The notes under the pieces were generated by a model. The model did not search any database. It had not been told where the DNA came from and worked only from the letters and a program-made list of their open reading frames with translations. From NCBI RefSeq assembly GCF_014645495.1, contig NZ_BMLV01000001.1:291996-355995 (forward strand): 64,000 nucleotides of DNA, written 5' to 3'. The translations under genes were made by a program, and so were the position numbers. The stretch is from Cloacibacterium rupense (GTDB taxonomy: Bacteria > Bacteroidota > Bacteroidia > Flavobacteriales > Weeksellaceae). This document shows positions 17,691 through 26,713 of the stretch, piece after piece (position 1 is the stretch's first letter; every line of letters starts with the position of its first letter).

Positions 17691-18392
17691 ATGAATTTCC
17701 TCACCGCAGAATGGCGAAAATTAGCCATTATCAATTACGAAGTAAATCCAGAAATTTTAGAAAAATACCTTCCAAACGGAGTAGAACTAGATTTTTGGGA
17801 CGGAAAATGTTTAATAAGTGTTGTGGGCTTTATGTTTTTAAATACTCAACTTTTGGGCATTTCTGTTCCTTTTCATCGTAATTTCGAAGAACTAAATCTT
17901 CGATTTTATGTCAAAAAATGGGAAAACCAACAATGGAAAAGAGGCGTAGTTTTTATCAAAGAAATTGTTCCTAAAAAAGCACTTTCATTCATTGCCAATA
18001 CTTTTTACAAAGAACATTACGAAACATTGCCAATGAAACATCTAATTTCGGAAAATACAGAAGAAATAACTGTAGAATATTTTTGGGGTGAAAATTTGAA
18101 TAATATCATTCAATTAGTTGCAAAAAATAATCAGCAAAAAATGCTTCAAAATTCTGATTTTGAATTTATTACAGAACATTATTTCGGGTACACCAAAAAT
18201 GGAGAAAAAACTTTTGAATATGAAGTAACGCATCCAAAATGGAAAAATTATGAAGTTTTAAATTCTTTTATTCAAATTGATTTTAAAGAAAATTATGGTG
18301 CTGACTTTGAATTTTTGCAAAACCAAAAACCACATTCTATTTTATTGGCAGAAGGTTCTGAAATTGAGGTGAAAACAAAGAAAATCATATAA
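17691..18392 (+). CDS. DUF2071 (YqjF-like) family protein
   Basis: 233 aa. The N-terminus MNFLTAEWRKLAIINYEVNPEILEKYLPNGVELDFWDGKCLISVVGFMF fits the DUF2071 pattern. It sits adjacent to a DCC gene, a commonly seen pairing. Confidence 0.55.
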   Translation: MNFLTAEWRKLAIINYEVNPEILEKYLPNGVELDFWDGKCLISVVGFMFLNTQLLGISVPFHRNFEELNLRFYVKKWENQQWKRGVVFIKEIVPKKALSFIANTFYKEHYETLPMKHLISENTEEITVEYFWGENLNNIIQLVAKNNQQKMLQNSDFEFITEHYFGYTKNGEKTFEYEVTHPKWKNYEVLNSFIQIDFKENYGADFEFLQNQKPHSILLAEGSEIEVKTKKII

Positions 18393-18394
18393 AT

Positions 18395-18691
18395 ATGACA
18401 GGTTTATATTTTGATTTAGAATATGTAATGTTCTTGCTTACAGTCTCTTCAATTTTTTTGCCAATTCTTTTTTTGATAATATTAAATCTTAAATTTAAAA
18501 AAATGAAGCTTAGCTTGATTATGATTTTTGTTTATAATCTTCTATTTATTTCGGCTTTCTTTTTTTTACAGAAATTAATTAATCAAAGTCATTCAAAGTA
18601 TTTAATTCAAATATTAAAATTTGAAAGTCTAATTGCTTTATTTTTAGCTTTTTATATAATTTTTAAATTGATAAAAAAAATTAAATTATGA
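18395..18691 (+). CDS. Small hydrophobic membrane protein, hypothetical
   Basis: 98-aa ORF with three predicted hydrophobic helices. It is tightly packed between DUF2071 and the epimerase-family gene, with a 4-nt overlap with the latter. No similarity recognised. Confidence 0.35.
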   Translation: MTGLYFDLEYVMFLLTVSSIFLPILFLIILNLKFKKMKLSLIMIFVYNLLFISAFFFLQKLINQSHSKYLIQILKFESLIALFLAFYIIFKLIKKIKL

Positions 18692-19557
18692 AAATCATCA
18701 TTGCAGGAGGTAGCGGTTTTTTAGGTAAAGAACTCGAAACCTATTTTAGAAATAAAAACCACGAGGTAATTATCTTTACCAGAAATCCAAAACAGCAAAA
18801 CGAAATTTTTTGGGATGCTAAAACCATAGGAAATTGGACAGAAATTTTAGAAAATTCAGACGTCCTCATCAATCTTACAGGCAAATCAGTTGATTGCAGA
18901 TACACCGAGAAAAACAAACTGGAAATTTACAATTCTAGAATTTTTTCTACCCGAATTTTACAACAGGCAATTGACACATTGCAAAATCCACCAAAAGTTT
19001 GGCTTAATGCCAGTTCTGCAACCATTTATATTCATTCTGAAACGCATCTTAATACCGAAGAAAACGGGATAATTGGTGATGATTTTTCGATGAATATTTG
19101 TAAGTCTTGGGAACAAGAATTTTTTAAAATAGAAAACGAAAACATCAGAAAAATCGCATTGAGAACTTCTATTGTTTTAGGGAATTCTGGTGGCGCTTTT
19201 CCTAAAATGAAACTCATTACCAAATTGGGTTTAGGAGGTAAACAAGGCAGAGGAAAGCAAATGATGAGTTGGATTTATATAGATGATTTTTGCAGAGCAG
19301 TAGAGTTTTTAATAGAAAATGAAAAAATTTGTGGAGCAGTAAATGTTACCGCTCCCAATCCTCTCACAAACGAAGAATTCATGAAAACTCTACGAAAAAA
19401 ATTAAAAATTCCTTTCGGAATAGCAAGTCCAGTCTGGCTGTTAGAATTAATGTCTATTTTTCTAAAAACAGAAACAGAACTTCTTTTGAAAAGTAGAAAT
19501 GTTTATCCAGAAAAATTAATAAAGAATAAGTTTTATTTTAAATATTCTAATTTTTAA
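18688..19557 (+). CDS. TIGR01777/SDR39U1-type NAD-dependent epimerase-family oxidoreductase
   Basis: The N-terminal Rossmann motif (MKIIIAGGSGFLGKELETYF) and the overall length and pattern match the YfcH-like epimerase family with a DUF1731 C-terminus. Confidence 0.75.
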   Translation: MKIIIAGGSGFLGKELETYFRNKNHEVIIFTRNPKQQNEIFWDAKTIGNWTEILENSDVLINLTGKSVDCRYTEKNKLEIYNSRIFSTRILQQAIDTLQNPPKVWLNASSATIYIHSETHLNTEENGIIGDDFSMNICKSWEQEFFKIENENIRKIALRTSIVLGNSGGAFPKMKLITKLGLGGKQGRGKQMMSWIYIDDFCRAVEFLIENEKICGAVNVTAPNPLTNEEFMKTLRKKLKIPFGIASPVWLLELMSIFLKTETELLLKSRNVYPEKLIKNKFYFKYSNF

Positions 19558-19566
19558 TTTAAACGC

Positions 19567-19598
19567 AAAAAGCAACTCTCATTTCAAGTTGCTTTTTT
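19567..19598. terminator. Bidirectional rho-independent terminator between convergent genes
   Basis: The hairpin aaaaagcaactctcatttcaagttgctttttt is flanked by A and T runs. Confidence 0.6.
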
Positions 19599-20181
19599 AT
19601 TTCTTTGTAACCACTTTTTTGGTTGTGTTCTTAGATTCAGATTTCTGTGCTCTCACCAGTCTTATACTGTCTATTAATCTGTTTCTTCTGTCTCTTATAA
19701 TGCTGTCTTGCCTTCTTTTAGCTATGAAATTGGTATTCCATATTTTTTCTTGTTCTCTTTTTTGGATACTAAATTCGTAGAAATAGAACTCCTGAAAGTA
19801 ATGGTCGACATTCCAGTTTTTATCAATTTTTTTAATTTCTGCAATTCTGTTTCCCAGTTCTTTATCAAAAACTACACTGTCGCTTCTATAGTTTTCTCTT
19901 AAATAATTGAGGCTTCTTTGTACATGGATGATGTTTTCTTTTGCATTACTTTTTATCATTTCCTCAGGAACTCTTTTTATAGGAAGCTTTTTGTAATTGT
20001 CAATATAAAAAGTAGAAAATTTATTCTTTTCTTCGTTTTCTTTGTTTTTTTTGAAAGCACCATGCTTACTAGGCTTTCCAAAGATTTCTTCGGGAAGAAA
20101 AGATATTTTTCTTTGTTGAGAAAAATTAATTTGAAATGCAATAAAAGTTAATACAATAGTAGAGATTTTTACCATAGGCAA
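19597..20181 (-). CDS. Secreted hypothetical protein
   Basis: 194 aa with an N-terminal signal-like hydrophobic segment (MVKISTIVLTFIAFQINFS) and a K/E/R-rich mature part. No family recognised. Confidence 0.4.
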   Translation of the reverse strand: MPMVKISTIVLTFIAFQINFSQQRKISFLPEEIFGKPSKHGAFKKNKENEEKNKFSTFYIDNYKKLPIKRVPEEMIKSNAKENIIHVQRSLNYLRENYRSDSVVFDKELGNRIAEIKKIDKNWNVDHYFQEFYFYEFSIQKREQEKIWNTNFIAKRRQDSIIRDRRNRLIDSIRLVRAQKSESKNTTKKVVTKK

Positions 20182-20434
20182 TTAGTTTTAAATGAATTTG
20201 AGTAGTAATTTTCATCTAAACTTTTGTTTTATGAAAAACAATAGCCATCTCTTAATTTTTGTAAATTTAATAAAAATTTATCATTTGTCATAATAATTAT
20301 ATTATTTATTTAATATTTATATAAAATCACACTCTTTTTATTTTATTTTACAGAGTAATCATTCATTTATTATTAATTATGTAAAGTATAATATGTGCGA
20401 AAAAATCCGTAAATTCGCAAAAATTTTTACAGAA

Positions 20435-21820
20435 ATGAATTACGATATTATTGTTATTGGAAGCGGACCTGGTGGTTATGTTACCGCAATTAGAGCTTCA
20501 CAATTAGGTTTTAAAACCGCTATTGTAGAAAGAGAAAATCTTGGTGGTATTTGCCTTAACTGGGGTTGTATTCCTACCAAAGCTTTGCTTAAATCTGCTC
20601 AAGTTTTTAAATACATTAATCATGCAGAGGATTTCGGATTAAATAAAGTAGAAGCTAGTTTTGAATTTCCAAACGTAGTAGCAAGAAGTAGAGGAGTTGC
20701 CAATAAAATGAGCAAAGGAATTGAATTCTTGATGAAGAAAAATAAAATCGACGTTATTTTAGGGAATGCCAAAGTTCAAAAAGGCAAAAAAATCTCTGTA
20801 GAAAAAGACGGACAAACTACTGAATATTCTGCTAATCATATCATTATCGCAACGGGTGCTCGTTCTAGAGAATTGCCAAATCTTCCACAAGATGGCGTAA
20901 AAGTAATTGGTTATAGACAAGCGCTTACTTTACCCTCTCAACCAAAATCTATGATTGTAGTAGGTTCTGGTGCAATTGGTGTAGAATTCGCGTATTTTTA
21001 TGCTACAATGGGAACTAAAGTGACTGTGGTAGAATTTATGCCAAATATTGTTCCTGTAGAAGATGAAGAAGTTTCTAAACATTTAGAAAAATCTCTGAAA
21101 AAAGCAGGTATTGATGTAATGACAAACGCTTCTGTAGAATCTTTAGATACTTATGGTGAAGGTGTAAAAGCTAATGTAAAAACAGCCAACGGTAACGTAA
21201 CATTAGAAGCTGATATCGTACTTTCTGCGGTAGGAATTGCTGCAAATATTGAAAATATAGGTTTAGAAGAAGTGGGCATCCAAACGGATAAAGGTAGAGT
21301 TTTGGTGAATGAATGGTACCAAACTTCGGTTCCTGGTTATTATGCAATTGGAGATATTATCCCTACTCAAGCTTTAGCACACGTAGCTTCTGCAGAAGGA
21401 ATTACTTGTGTAGAAAAAATCAAAGGAATGCACGTAGAAACCATTGATTATGGTAATATCCCAGGTTGTACCTATTGTTTACCAGAAATTGCTTCTGTAG
21501 GTCTTACAGAAAAACAAGCCAAAGAAAAAGGTTACGAAATAAAAGTAGGTAAATTCCCTTTTTCAGCTTCTGGAAAAGCTACAGCTAATGGTGATACCGA
21601 TGGTTTTGTAAAAGTAATTTTCGATGCTAAATATGGAGAATGGTTAGGTTGTCATATGATTGGAGTAGGGGTAACTGAAATGATTGCAGAGGCTGTAGCC
21701 GCTAGAAAATTAGAAACTACAGGCCACGAAATTTTGAAAACAGTTCATCCACACCCAACTTTATCTGAAGCAGTAATGGAAGCAGTAGCTGCAGCTTACG
21801 GAGAAGTAATTCATATTTAA
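20435..21820 (+). CDS. lpdA: Dihydrolipoyl dehydrogenase (E3 component)
   Basis: The start was moved to MNYDIIVIGSGPGGYVTAIRASQLG. Redox-active disulfide GGICLNWGCIPTK, NAD-binding VVGSGAIGVEFA, and a C-terminal dimerisation region HPHPTLSE. Confidence 0.9.
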   Translation: MNYDIIVIGSGPGGYVTAIRASQLGFKTAIVERENLGGICLNWGCIPTKALLKSAQVFKYINHAEDFGLNKVEASFEFPNVVARSRGVANKMSKGIEFLMKKNKIDVILGNAKVQKGKKISVEKDGQTTEYSANHIIIATGARSRELPNLPQDGVKVIGYRQALTLPSQPKSMIVVGSGAIGVEFAYFYATMGTKVTVVEFMPNIVPVEDEEVSKHLEKSLKKAGIDVMTNASVESLDTYGEGVKANVKTANGNVTLEADIVLSAVGIAANIENIGLEEVGIQTDKGRVLVNEWYQTSVPGYYAIGDIIPTQALAHVASAEGITCVEKIKGMHVETIDYGNIPGCTYCLPEIASVGLTEKQAKEKGYEIKVGKFPFSASGKATANGDTDGFVKVIFDAKYGEWLGCHMIGVGVTEMIAEAVAARKLETTGHEILKTVHPHPTLSEAVMEAVAAAYGEVIHI

Positions 21821-21843
21821 AATAATATGCGCTAAATACAATT

Positions 21844-21871
21844 AAACCACAGATTTTTCTGTGGTTTTTTT
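21844..21871 (+). terminator. Terminator after lpdA
   Basis: The hairpin aaaccacagatttttctgtggttt is followed by a T7 run. Confidence 0.6.
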
Positions 21872-21899
21872 AATTTTACAATTCAAAACTAATAAATTG

Positions 21900-22667
21900 A
21901 TGGAAAAAAAGATAGGATTAGTATTATCAGGCGGTGGAACCAAAGGAATTTCGGAAGCTGGTGTTTTACAATTTTTAGAAGAAAAAAACATCTCTCCAGA
22001 AATTATTGCAGGTACAAGTGCAGGTGCAATTGTAGGTGGTTTGTATGCTTTCGGGAAATCTCCAAATGAAATTTTAGACTTTTTCAAATCAGTTTATTTC
22101 TTTAATTGGAAGCATTTTACGTTGACCAAACCGGGTTTTATTAATTCTGATGTTTTCAGATTGTATCTTAAACCAATCATCGGAGAAATTAAAATTAAAG
22201 ATTTAAAAAAAGAACTCATCATCAATGCTACAGATTTAATTCAAGGAGAAACTTTTGTTTTTAGTGGCGATGATTATCTTTTAGACGCCATCATTGCTTC
22301 ATGCTCAGTTCCAGGATTGGCGAGTCCGTTTAAAAAAGATGAGTTGCTTCTAAGTGATGGCGGAATTCTTAATAATTTTCCTTCTAATTTAATCAAAGAT
22401 AAATGCGACAAGTTGATTGGGGTATATGTGGCACCACTTCAAGATGTGAAAAATATTCAACTGAATTCAATAAAAGCAGTGGCAACTAGAGCTTATGAAC
22501 TTCTAAGTTACAGTGTCGAAAATTATAAATTCAAAGATTGCGATTGGTTGATTTCTCCTAAAGAATTGTCAAACTACGGAATGTTTGAAAGCAAAAAAAC
22601 AAGAATGGACGAACTTTTTCAGTTAGGATATTCTGAAGCAGAAAAAACTTTTCCTAAAGATTTTTAG
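21900..22667 (+). CDS. Patatin-like phospholipase
   Basis: The start was moved to MEKKIGLVLSGGGTKG. It carries the oxyanion-hole GGGxKG motif, the nucleophile elbow GTSAGA, and a catalytic Asp in LLSDGG. Confidence 0.8.
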   Translation: MEKKIGLVLSGGGTKGISEAGVLQFLEEKNISPEIIAGTSAGAIVGGLYAFGKSPNEILDFFKSVYFFNWKHFTLTKPGFINSDVFRLYLKPIIGEIKIKDLKKELIINATDLIQGETFVFSGDDYLLDAIIASCSVPGLASPFKKDELLLSDGGILNNFPSNLIKDKCDKLIGVYVAPLQDVKNIQLNSIKAVATRAYELLSYSVENYKFKDCDWLISPKELSNYGMFESKKTRMDELFQLGYSEAEKTFPKDF

Positions 22668-23003
22668 AATTTATTAAAAATAATTCAATTGATTATCAGT
22701 TAATTATGTAAATCTGTCAAAAAAATGTAACTAAGATGTAACCATCTGCGTATAATGATATGTAGCGCAATTGCTACATAAAGCCAATAACAATGAAAAT
22801 TCATTTTACAAAATTTTATCTTTTAGAAGTTTCGGAATTTATATTCACGATTTTTAATACATCACCGCCTAGATTCTAAATTTTACTGTTAAAAATCATT
22901 TTAACTTTTACATCTCATTTGCCTAACTTTATTTGTCATTTCTAAATAAGTTGGGGCTATCTCTTATTTTCAAAATTTAAAATAACAATTAAATAATTAA
23001 ACT

Positions 23004-24938
23004 ATGTTTGAATTTCAATCTTGGATGATTCCTGTAGGAATTGCCGTATTATCACTTGTGTTTTACAAGTTCATTTTGAGAGTTTTCTTCGGATTAGTAA
23101 TCGTTCCCGAAGATAAAATTGGTTTAGTAACCAAAAAGTTTGTGTTGTTTGGTAAGCAAACCTTACCAGAAGGTAGAATTATCGCCACCAACGGAGAAGC
23201 GGGTTTCCAAGGACAAACCTTAGCTCCGGGAGTTTATTTCGGGAAATGGATTTGGCAATATTCTATTCAATTTCAACCATTTACAGTAATTCCAACAGGT
23301 AAAATTGGTTTGATTTTGGCGAAAGATGGTGCAGAATTAGAAACTGGTAGAATCCTCGGTAGAAAAGTAGAATGTGATTCTTACCAAGACGCTGTGGCTT
23401 TTCTTAATAATGGGGGTAGAAAAGGACGACAAACCGCTATTATTACGCCAGGTTCGTACAGAATTAATACTTTGCTTTTTGATATTGAGTTAACAGATAT
23501 GGTGGTGATTCCAGATAATGCAGTGGGAGTAGTTACTACTTTAGAAGGAAAGCCTCTAGCAGAAGGGCAAATTGCAGGGAAAATCATAGAAGGACACAAT
23601 AAATTTCAAGATATTGATGGCTTCTTGAATGCTGATGGTTACAAAGGTTTGCAAGAACAAGTAATTTTGGCAGGTTCATATTTCTTAAATCCGTGGTTTG
23701 CAAAAATAGAAATGGTGCATATGACGGAGATTCCTATCGGACACGTTGGTGTAGTAATTTCCTACGTAGGTGAAGAAGGAAAAGATTTAAGCGGCAGTGA
23801 ATTTAAACACGGAAATATTGTAGAAAAAGGCTTCAAAGGTGTTTGGGCAGAACCTCTAGGTCCTGGTAAATATCCTGTAAATCCTTACATTATGAAAGTA
23901 GAATTAGTGCCTACCACCAACCTCGTTCTCAACTGGGCTACTGCCAGAAGTGAGTCTCACCAATTAGATAAAAATTTATCTACCATTACCGTGAGAAGTA
24001 AAGATGGTTTCCCTTTTAATCTAGACGTTTCGCAGATTATTCACATACCAACTACCGAAGCTCCAAAAGTAATTGCTAGATTCGGAAATATGGTGAATTT
24101 GGTGAGTCAAGTTCTAGAACCTACCATCGGAAACTATTTCCGTAATTCTGCGCAAGATTCAGATGTTATCGCTTTCCTAGGAACCAGAAAAGAGCGTCAA
24201 CAATCTGCAAGAGAGCATATTGGAAATGTTTTAGACCAATATAATGTTTTCGGAGTTGATACCTTGATTGGTGATATTGTTCCGCCAGAAAGTTTAATGA
24301 AAACTCTTACGGATAGAAAATTGGCAGAAGAACAAAAAATCACTTACGAAACCGAAAAATTGGCTCAAGAAACGCGTCAAACTTTAGAAAAAGAAACCGC
24401 GATTGCAGATATGCAAAAAGAAATTGTAAAAGCAGATCAAGGCGTAGTAATAGCCGAAAGAATAGCAGATGCAAGCGTGAAAAAAGCAACTGGTGATGCT
24501 AATTCTGTAAGATTACAAGCTAATGCAGAAGGGGATAGATTGAAACTTTTGGCAACAGGTGAAGCCGAAAAAACAAGACTTCTTGCAAAAGCAGAATCAG
24601 AGAAAATAGAACTTTTGGCAAAAGCAAATGCAGAACAAATTTCATTAACAGGTAATGCCGAAGCAGAGAAAATTCTTGCCATAGGTAAATCTAATGCAGA
24701 AGCCTACAAACTTTCTGTAGAAGCAATGGGTGGAAACAACTTTACTCAATTAAAAATTATGGAAAATATCGCATCTCAAAATGTGAAAATTATGCCAGAT
24801 GTTTTAATAGGAGGTGGCTCAGATTCTGCAAATGGGGGAATTAGCGGACTTCTTGGACTACAATTGCTAGAACAATTACAAAAGAAAAATACAGAAATCC
24901 CTAATACAAATAATGGTGAATCAGTATCAGATATTTAA
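23004..24938 (+). CDS. Flotillin-like SPFH/band-7 domain protein
   Basis: 644 aa with an N-terminal membrane anchor and an SPFH domain. The long C-terminus is A/E/K-rich with EA-repeat coiled coil (…AKAESEKIELLAKANAEQISLTGNAEAEKILAIGKSNAEAYK…). This is typical of bacterial flotillins (YqiK/FloT-like). Confidence 0.8.
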   Translation: MFEFQSWMIPVGIAVLSLVFYKFILRVFFGLVIVPEDKIGLVTKKFVLFGKQTLPEGRIIATNGEAGFQGQTLAPGVYFGKWIWQYSIQFQPFTVIPTGKIGLILAKDGAELETGRILGRKVECDSYQDAVAFLNNGGRKGRQTAIITPGSYRINTLLFDIELTDMVVIPDNAVGVVTTLEGKPLAEGQIAGKIIEGHNKFQDIDGFLNADGYKGLQEQVILAGSYFLNPWFAKIEMVHMTEIPIGHVGVVISYVGEEGKDLSGSEFKHGNIVEKGFKGVWAEPLGPGKYPVNPYIMKVELVPTTNLVLNWATARSESHQLDKNLSTITVRSKDGFPFNLDVSQIIHIPTTEAPKVIARFGNMVNLVSQVLEPTIGNYFRNSAQDSDVIAFLGTRKERQQSAREHIGNVLDQYNVFGVDTLIGDIVPPESLMKTLTDRKLAEEQKITYETEKLAQETRQTLEKETAIADMQKEIVKADQGVVIAERIADASVKKATGDANSVRLQANAEGDRLKLLATGEAEKTRLLAKAESEKIELLAKANAEQISLTGNAEAEKILAIGKSNAEAYKLSVEAMGGNNFTQLKIMENIASQNVKIMPDVLIGGGSDSANGGISGLLGLQLLEQLQKKNTEIPNTNNGESVSDI

Positions 24939-25084
24939 ATTAATTCAGATTTTTAAATCTTAATTTTAAGCCAGCTTTTTAAGTTGGCTTTTTAAATTAT
25001 TTTTAATTTATGTTAAAGTTATAATAAAATTTATATTATGGATAATATTTGATAAAAATATTTGTTACAAAAAAAAGCAATTAT

Positions 25085-25525
25085 ATGAAGAAACTATTTA
25101 CAGTTCTAATGTTAGGTTTATTTGCATTTATTTTTGCAGAAAACCCTATAAAAGATTTGGCAAAAGCCAAAGAAACGGCTAAAGCTGAACACAAACTTAT
25201 TCTCTTGAAATTTTCTGGTTCAGATTGGTGTGTACCTTGTATAAGACTTCAAAAGCAGATTATGGACACTGAGCAATTTCAATTTTTTTCGGATAAATAT
25301 CTTGTATTGATGGATGCAGATTTTCCGAGACTCAAGAAAAATAAATTGCCAAAAGAAGAACAAGAAAAGAATGAAGCTCTAGCAGAGAAATTCAATAAAG
25401 ACGGAGTTTTCCCTAAATTAGTTTTAATGGACCCTAGTGGCAAAGTCCTAAAATTTTGGGATGGCTTTAATAATTGGTCTCCACAAACATTAATAGATAA
25501 TATAAAACCATTTTTAGAAAAATAA
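25085..25525 (+). CDS. Secreted thioredoxin-fold protein (CxxC)
   Basis: The start was moved to MKKLFTVLMLGLFAFIFA (signal peptide). Thioredoxin-like motif FSGSDWCVPCIRL. Confidence 0.65.
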   Translation: MKKLFTVLMLGLFAFIFAENPIKDLAKAKETAKAEHKLILLKFSGSDWCVPCIRLQKQIMDTEQFQFFSDKYLVLMDADFPRLKKNKLPKEEQEKNEALAEKFNKDGVFPKLVLMDPSGKVLKFWDGFNNWSPQTLIDNIKPFLEK

Positions 25526-25528
25526 TTC

Positions 25529-26449
25529 ATGCTAAAGAAGAGAATTGATAAATTAATGGGAAATCGCTTCGAAATTACCGTTGAAGCAAATTCTAATCAG
25601 GAAGCAGATTATTTTTTGAACCTAGCGGTTAAAGAAATCAAAAGGATAGAAGAAAAACTCTCTACCTACAAAGAACATTCTGAGACTAATTTAGTTAATA
25701 ATAACGCTGGTATAAAACCGGTTACAGTAAGTGAAGAAACCTTTAGACTCATCCAACGAAGCATTAAAATTTCTGAAATTACACAAGGTGCTTTTGATAT
25801 TACTTACGGTTCTATTGATAAACGTTTCTGGAATTTTGATACTCAAATGAAGACTTTGCCAGATAGAGAAACTGCTAAAGAATTAGTGAAACTCATTAAT
25901 TATAAAAATATTGTTCTAGACGAAAATAAATTCACTGTTTTTTTAAAAGAAAAAGGCATGAGAATTGGCTTTGGCGGAATAGGTAAAGGCTATGCAGCCG
26001 AATGTGCAAAAAAAATCCTGATTTCTAATGGTGTAAAAGCTGGAATTGTAAATGCTTCTGGAGATCTTACAGCTTTCGGAAAACCAAAAGAAGTAGAAAA
26101 ATGGACCATAGGAATTGCAAATCCAGATGTAGCTCATCAAACTTTTTCAACTATGGAAATTACAGATTTAGCGGTTGCAACTTCTGGAAATTATGAAAAA
26201 TTTGTAATAATAGAGGGCAAAAAATATTCTCATACTATAGATCCAAAAACGGGTTATCCAATTTCTGGAATAAAAAGTGTTACCATTATTTCTCCCAATG
26301 CAGAAATCTCTGATGCATTTGCCACACCTGTTACTATTATGGGGATAAGAGCAGGGCTTGCAATGATTAACCAAATTAAAGGTATCGAATGTATCATTAT
26401 AGATGATGATAATAACGTCTACACATCTAATCAAATTAATTTACATTAA
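25529..26449 (+). CDS. apbE: FAD:protein FMN transferase (ApbE family)
   Basis: ApbE-like motifs MGNRFEITV…, GFGGIGKGYAAE and TSGNYEKF. The gene abuts the preceding stop. Confidence 0.75.
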   Translation: MLKKRIDKLMGNRFEITVEANSNQEADYFLNLAVKEIKRIEEKLSTYKEHSETNLVNNNAGIKPVTVSEETFRLIQRSIKISEITQGAFDITYGSIDKRFWNFDTQMKTLPDRETAKELVKLINYKNIVLDENKFTVFLKEKGMRIGFGGIGKGYAAECAKKILISNGVKAGIVNASGDLTAFGKPKEVEKWTIGIANPDVAHQTFSTMEITDLAVATSGNYEKFVIIEGKKYSHTIDPKTGYPISGIKSVTIISPNAEISDAFATPVTIMGIRAGLAMINQIKGIECIIIDDDNNVYTSNQINLH

Positions 26450-26474
26450 AAACATATTTAAAAATTAAACAGAT

Positions 26475-26696
26475 ATGAAGAAAAACATTTTAATAATGAT
26501 GGGTGCATTTACCATTCCCATCTTTTTTACCAGTTGTACATCGGTAAAATCTTATCAAAAAAATTATATTAATGATAGTGAAATGCAACTATCTTCTAGG
26601 AAAGTAGAGAAAACAGAAAATAATTTTTTACTATACAGAGAAGGTGCTTCTGGCGCTAATGGAGGTAAAAATGGAGGTGGCTGCGGTTGTAATTAA
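26475..26696 (+). CDS. DUF4266-family small lipoprotein
   Basis: 73 aa with a lipobox FFTSC and a Gly-rich C-terminus ending GGKNGGGCGCN. This is the hallmark of DUF4266. Confidence 0.65.
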   Translation: MKKNILIMMGAFTIPIFFTSCTSVKSYQKNYINDSEMQLSSRKVEKTENNFLLYREGASGANGGKNGGGCGCN

Positions 26697-26713
26697 AATC
26701 TAAAAATCGAAAT

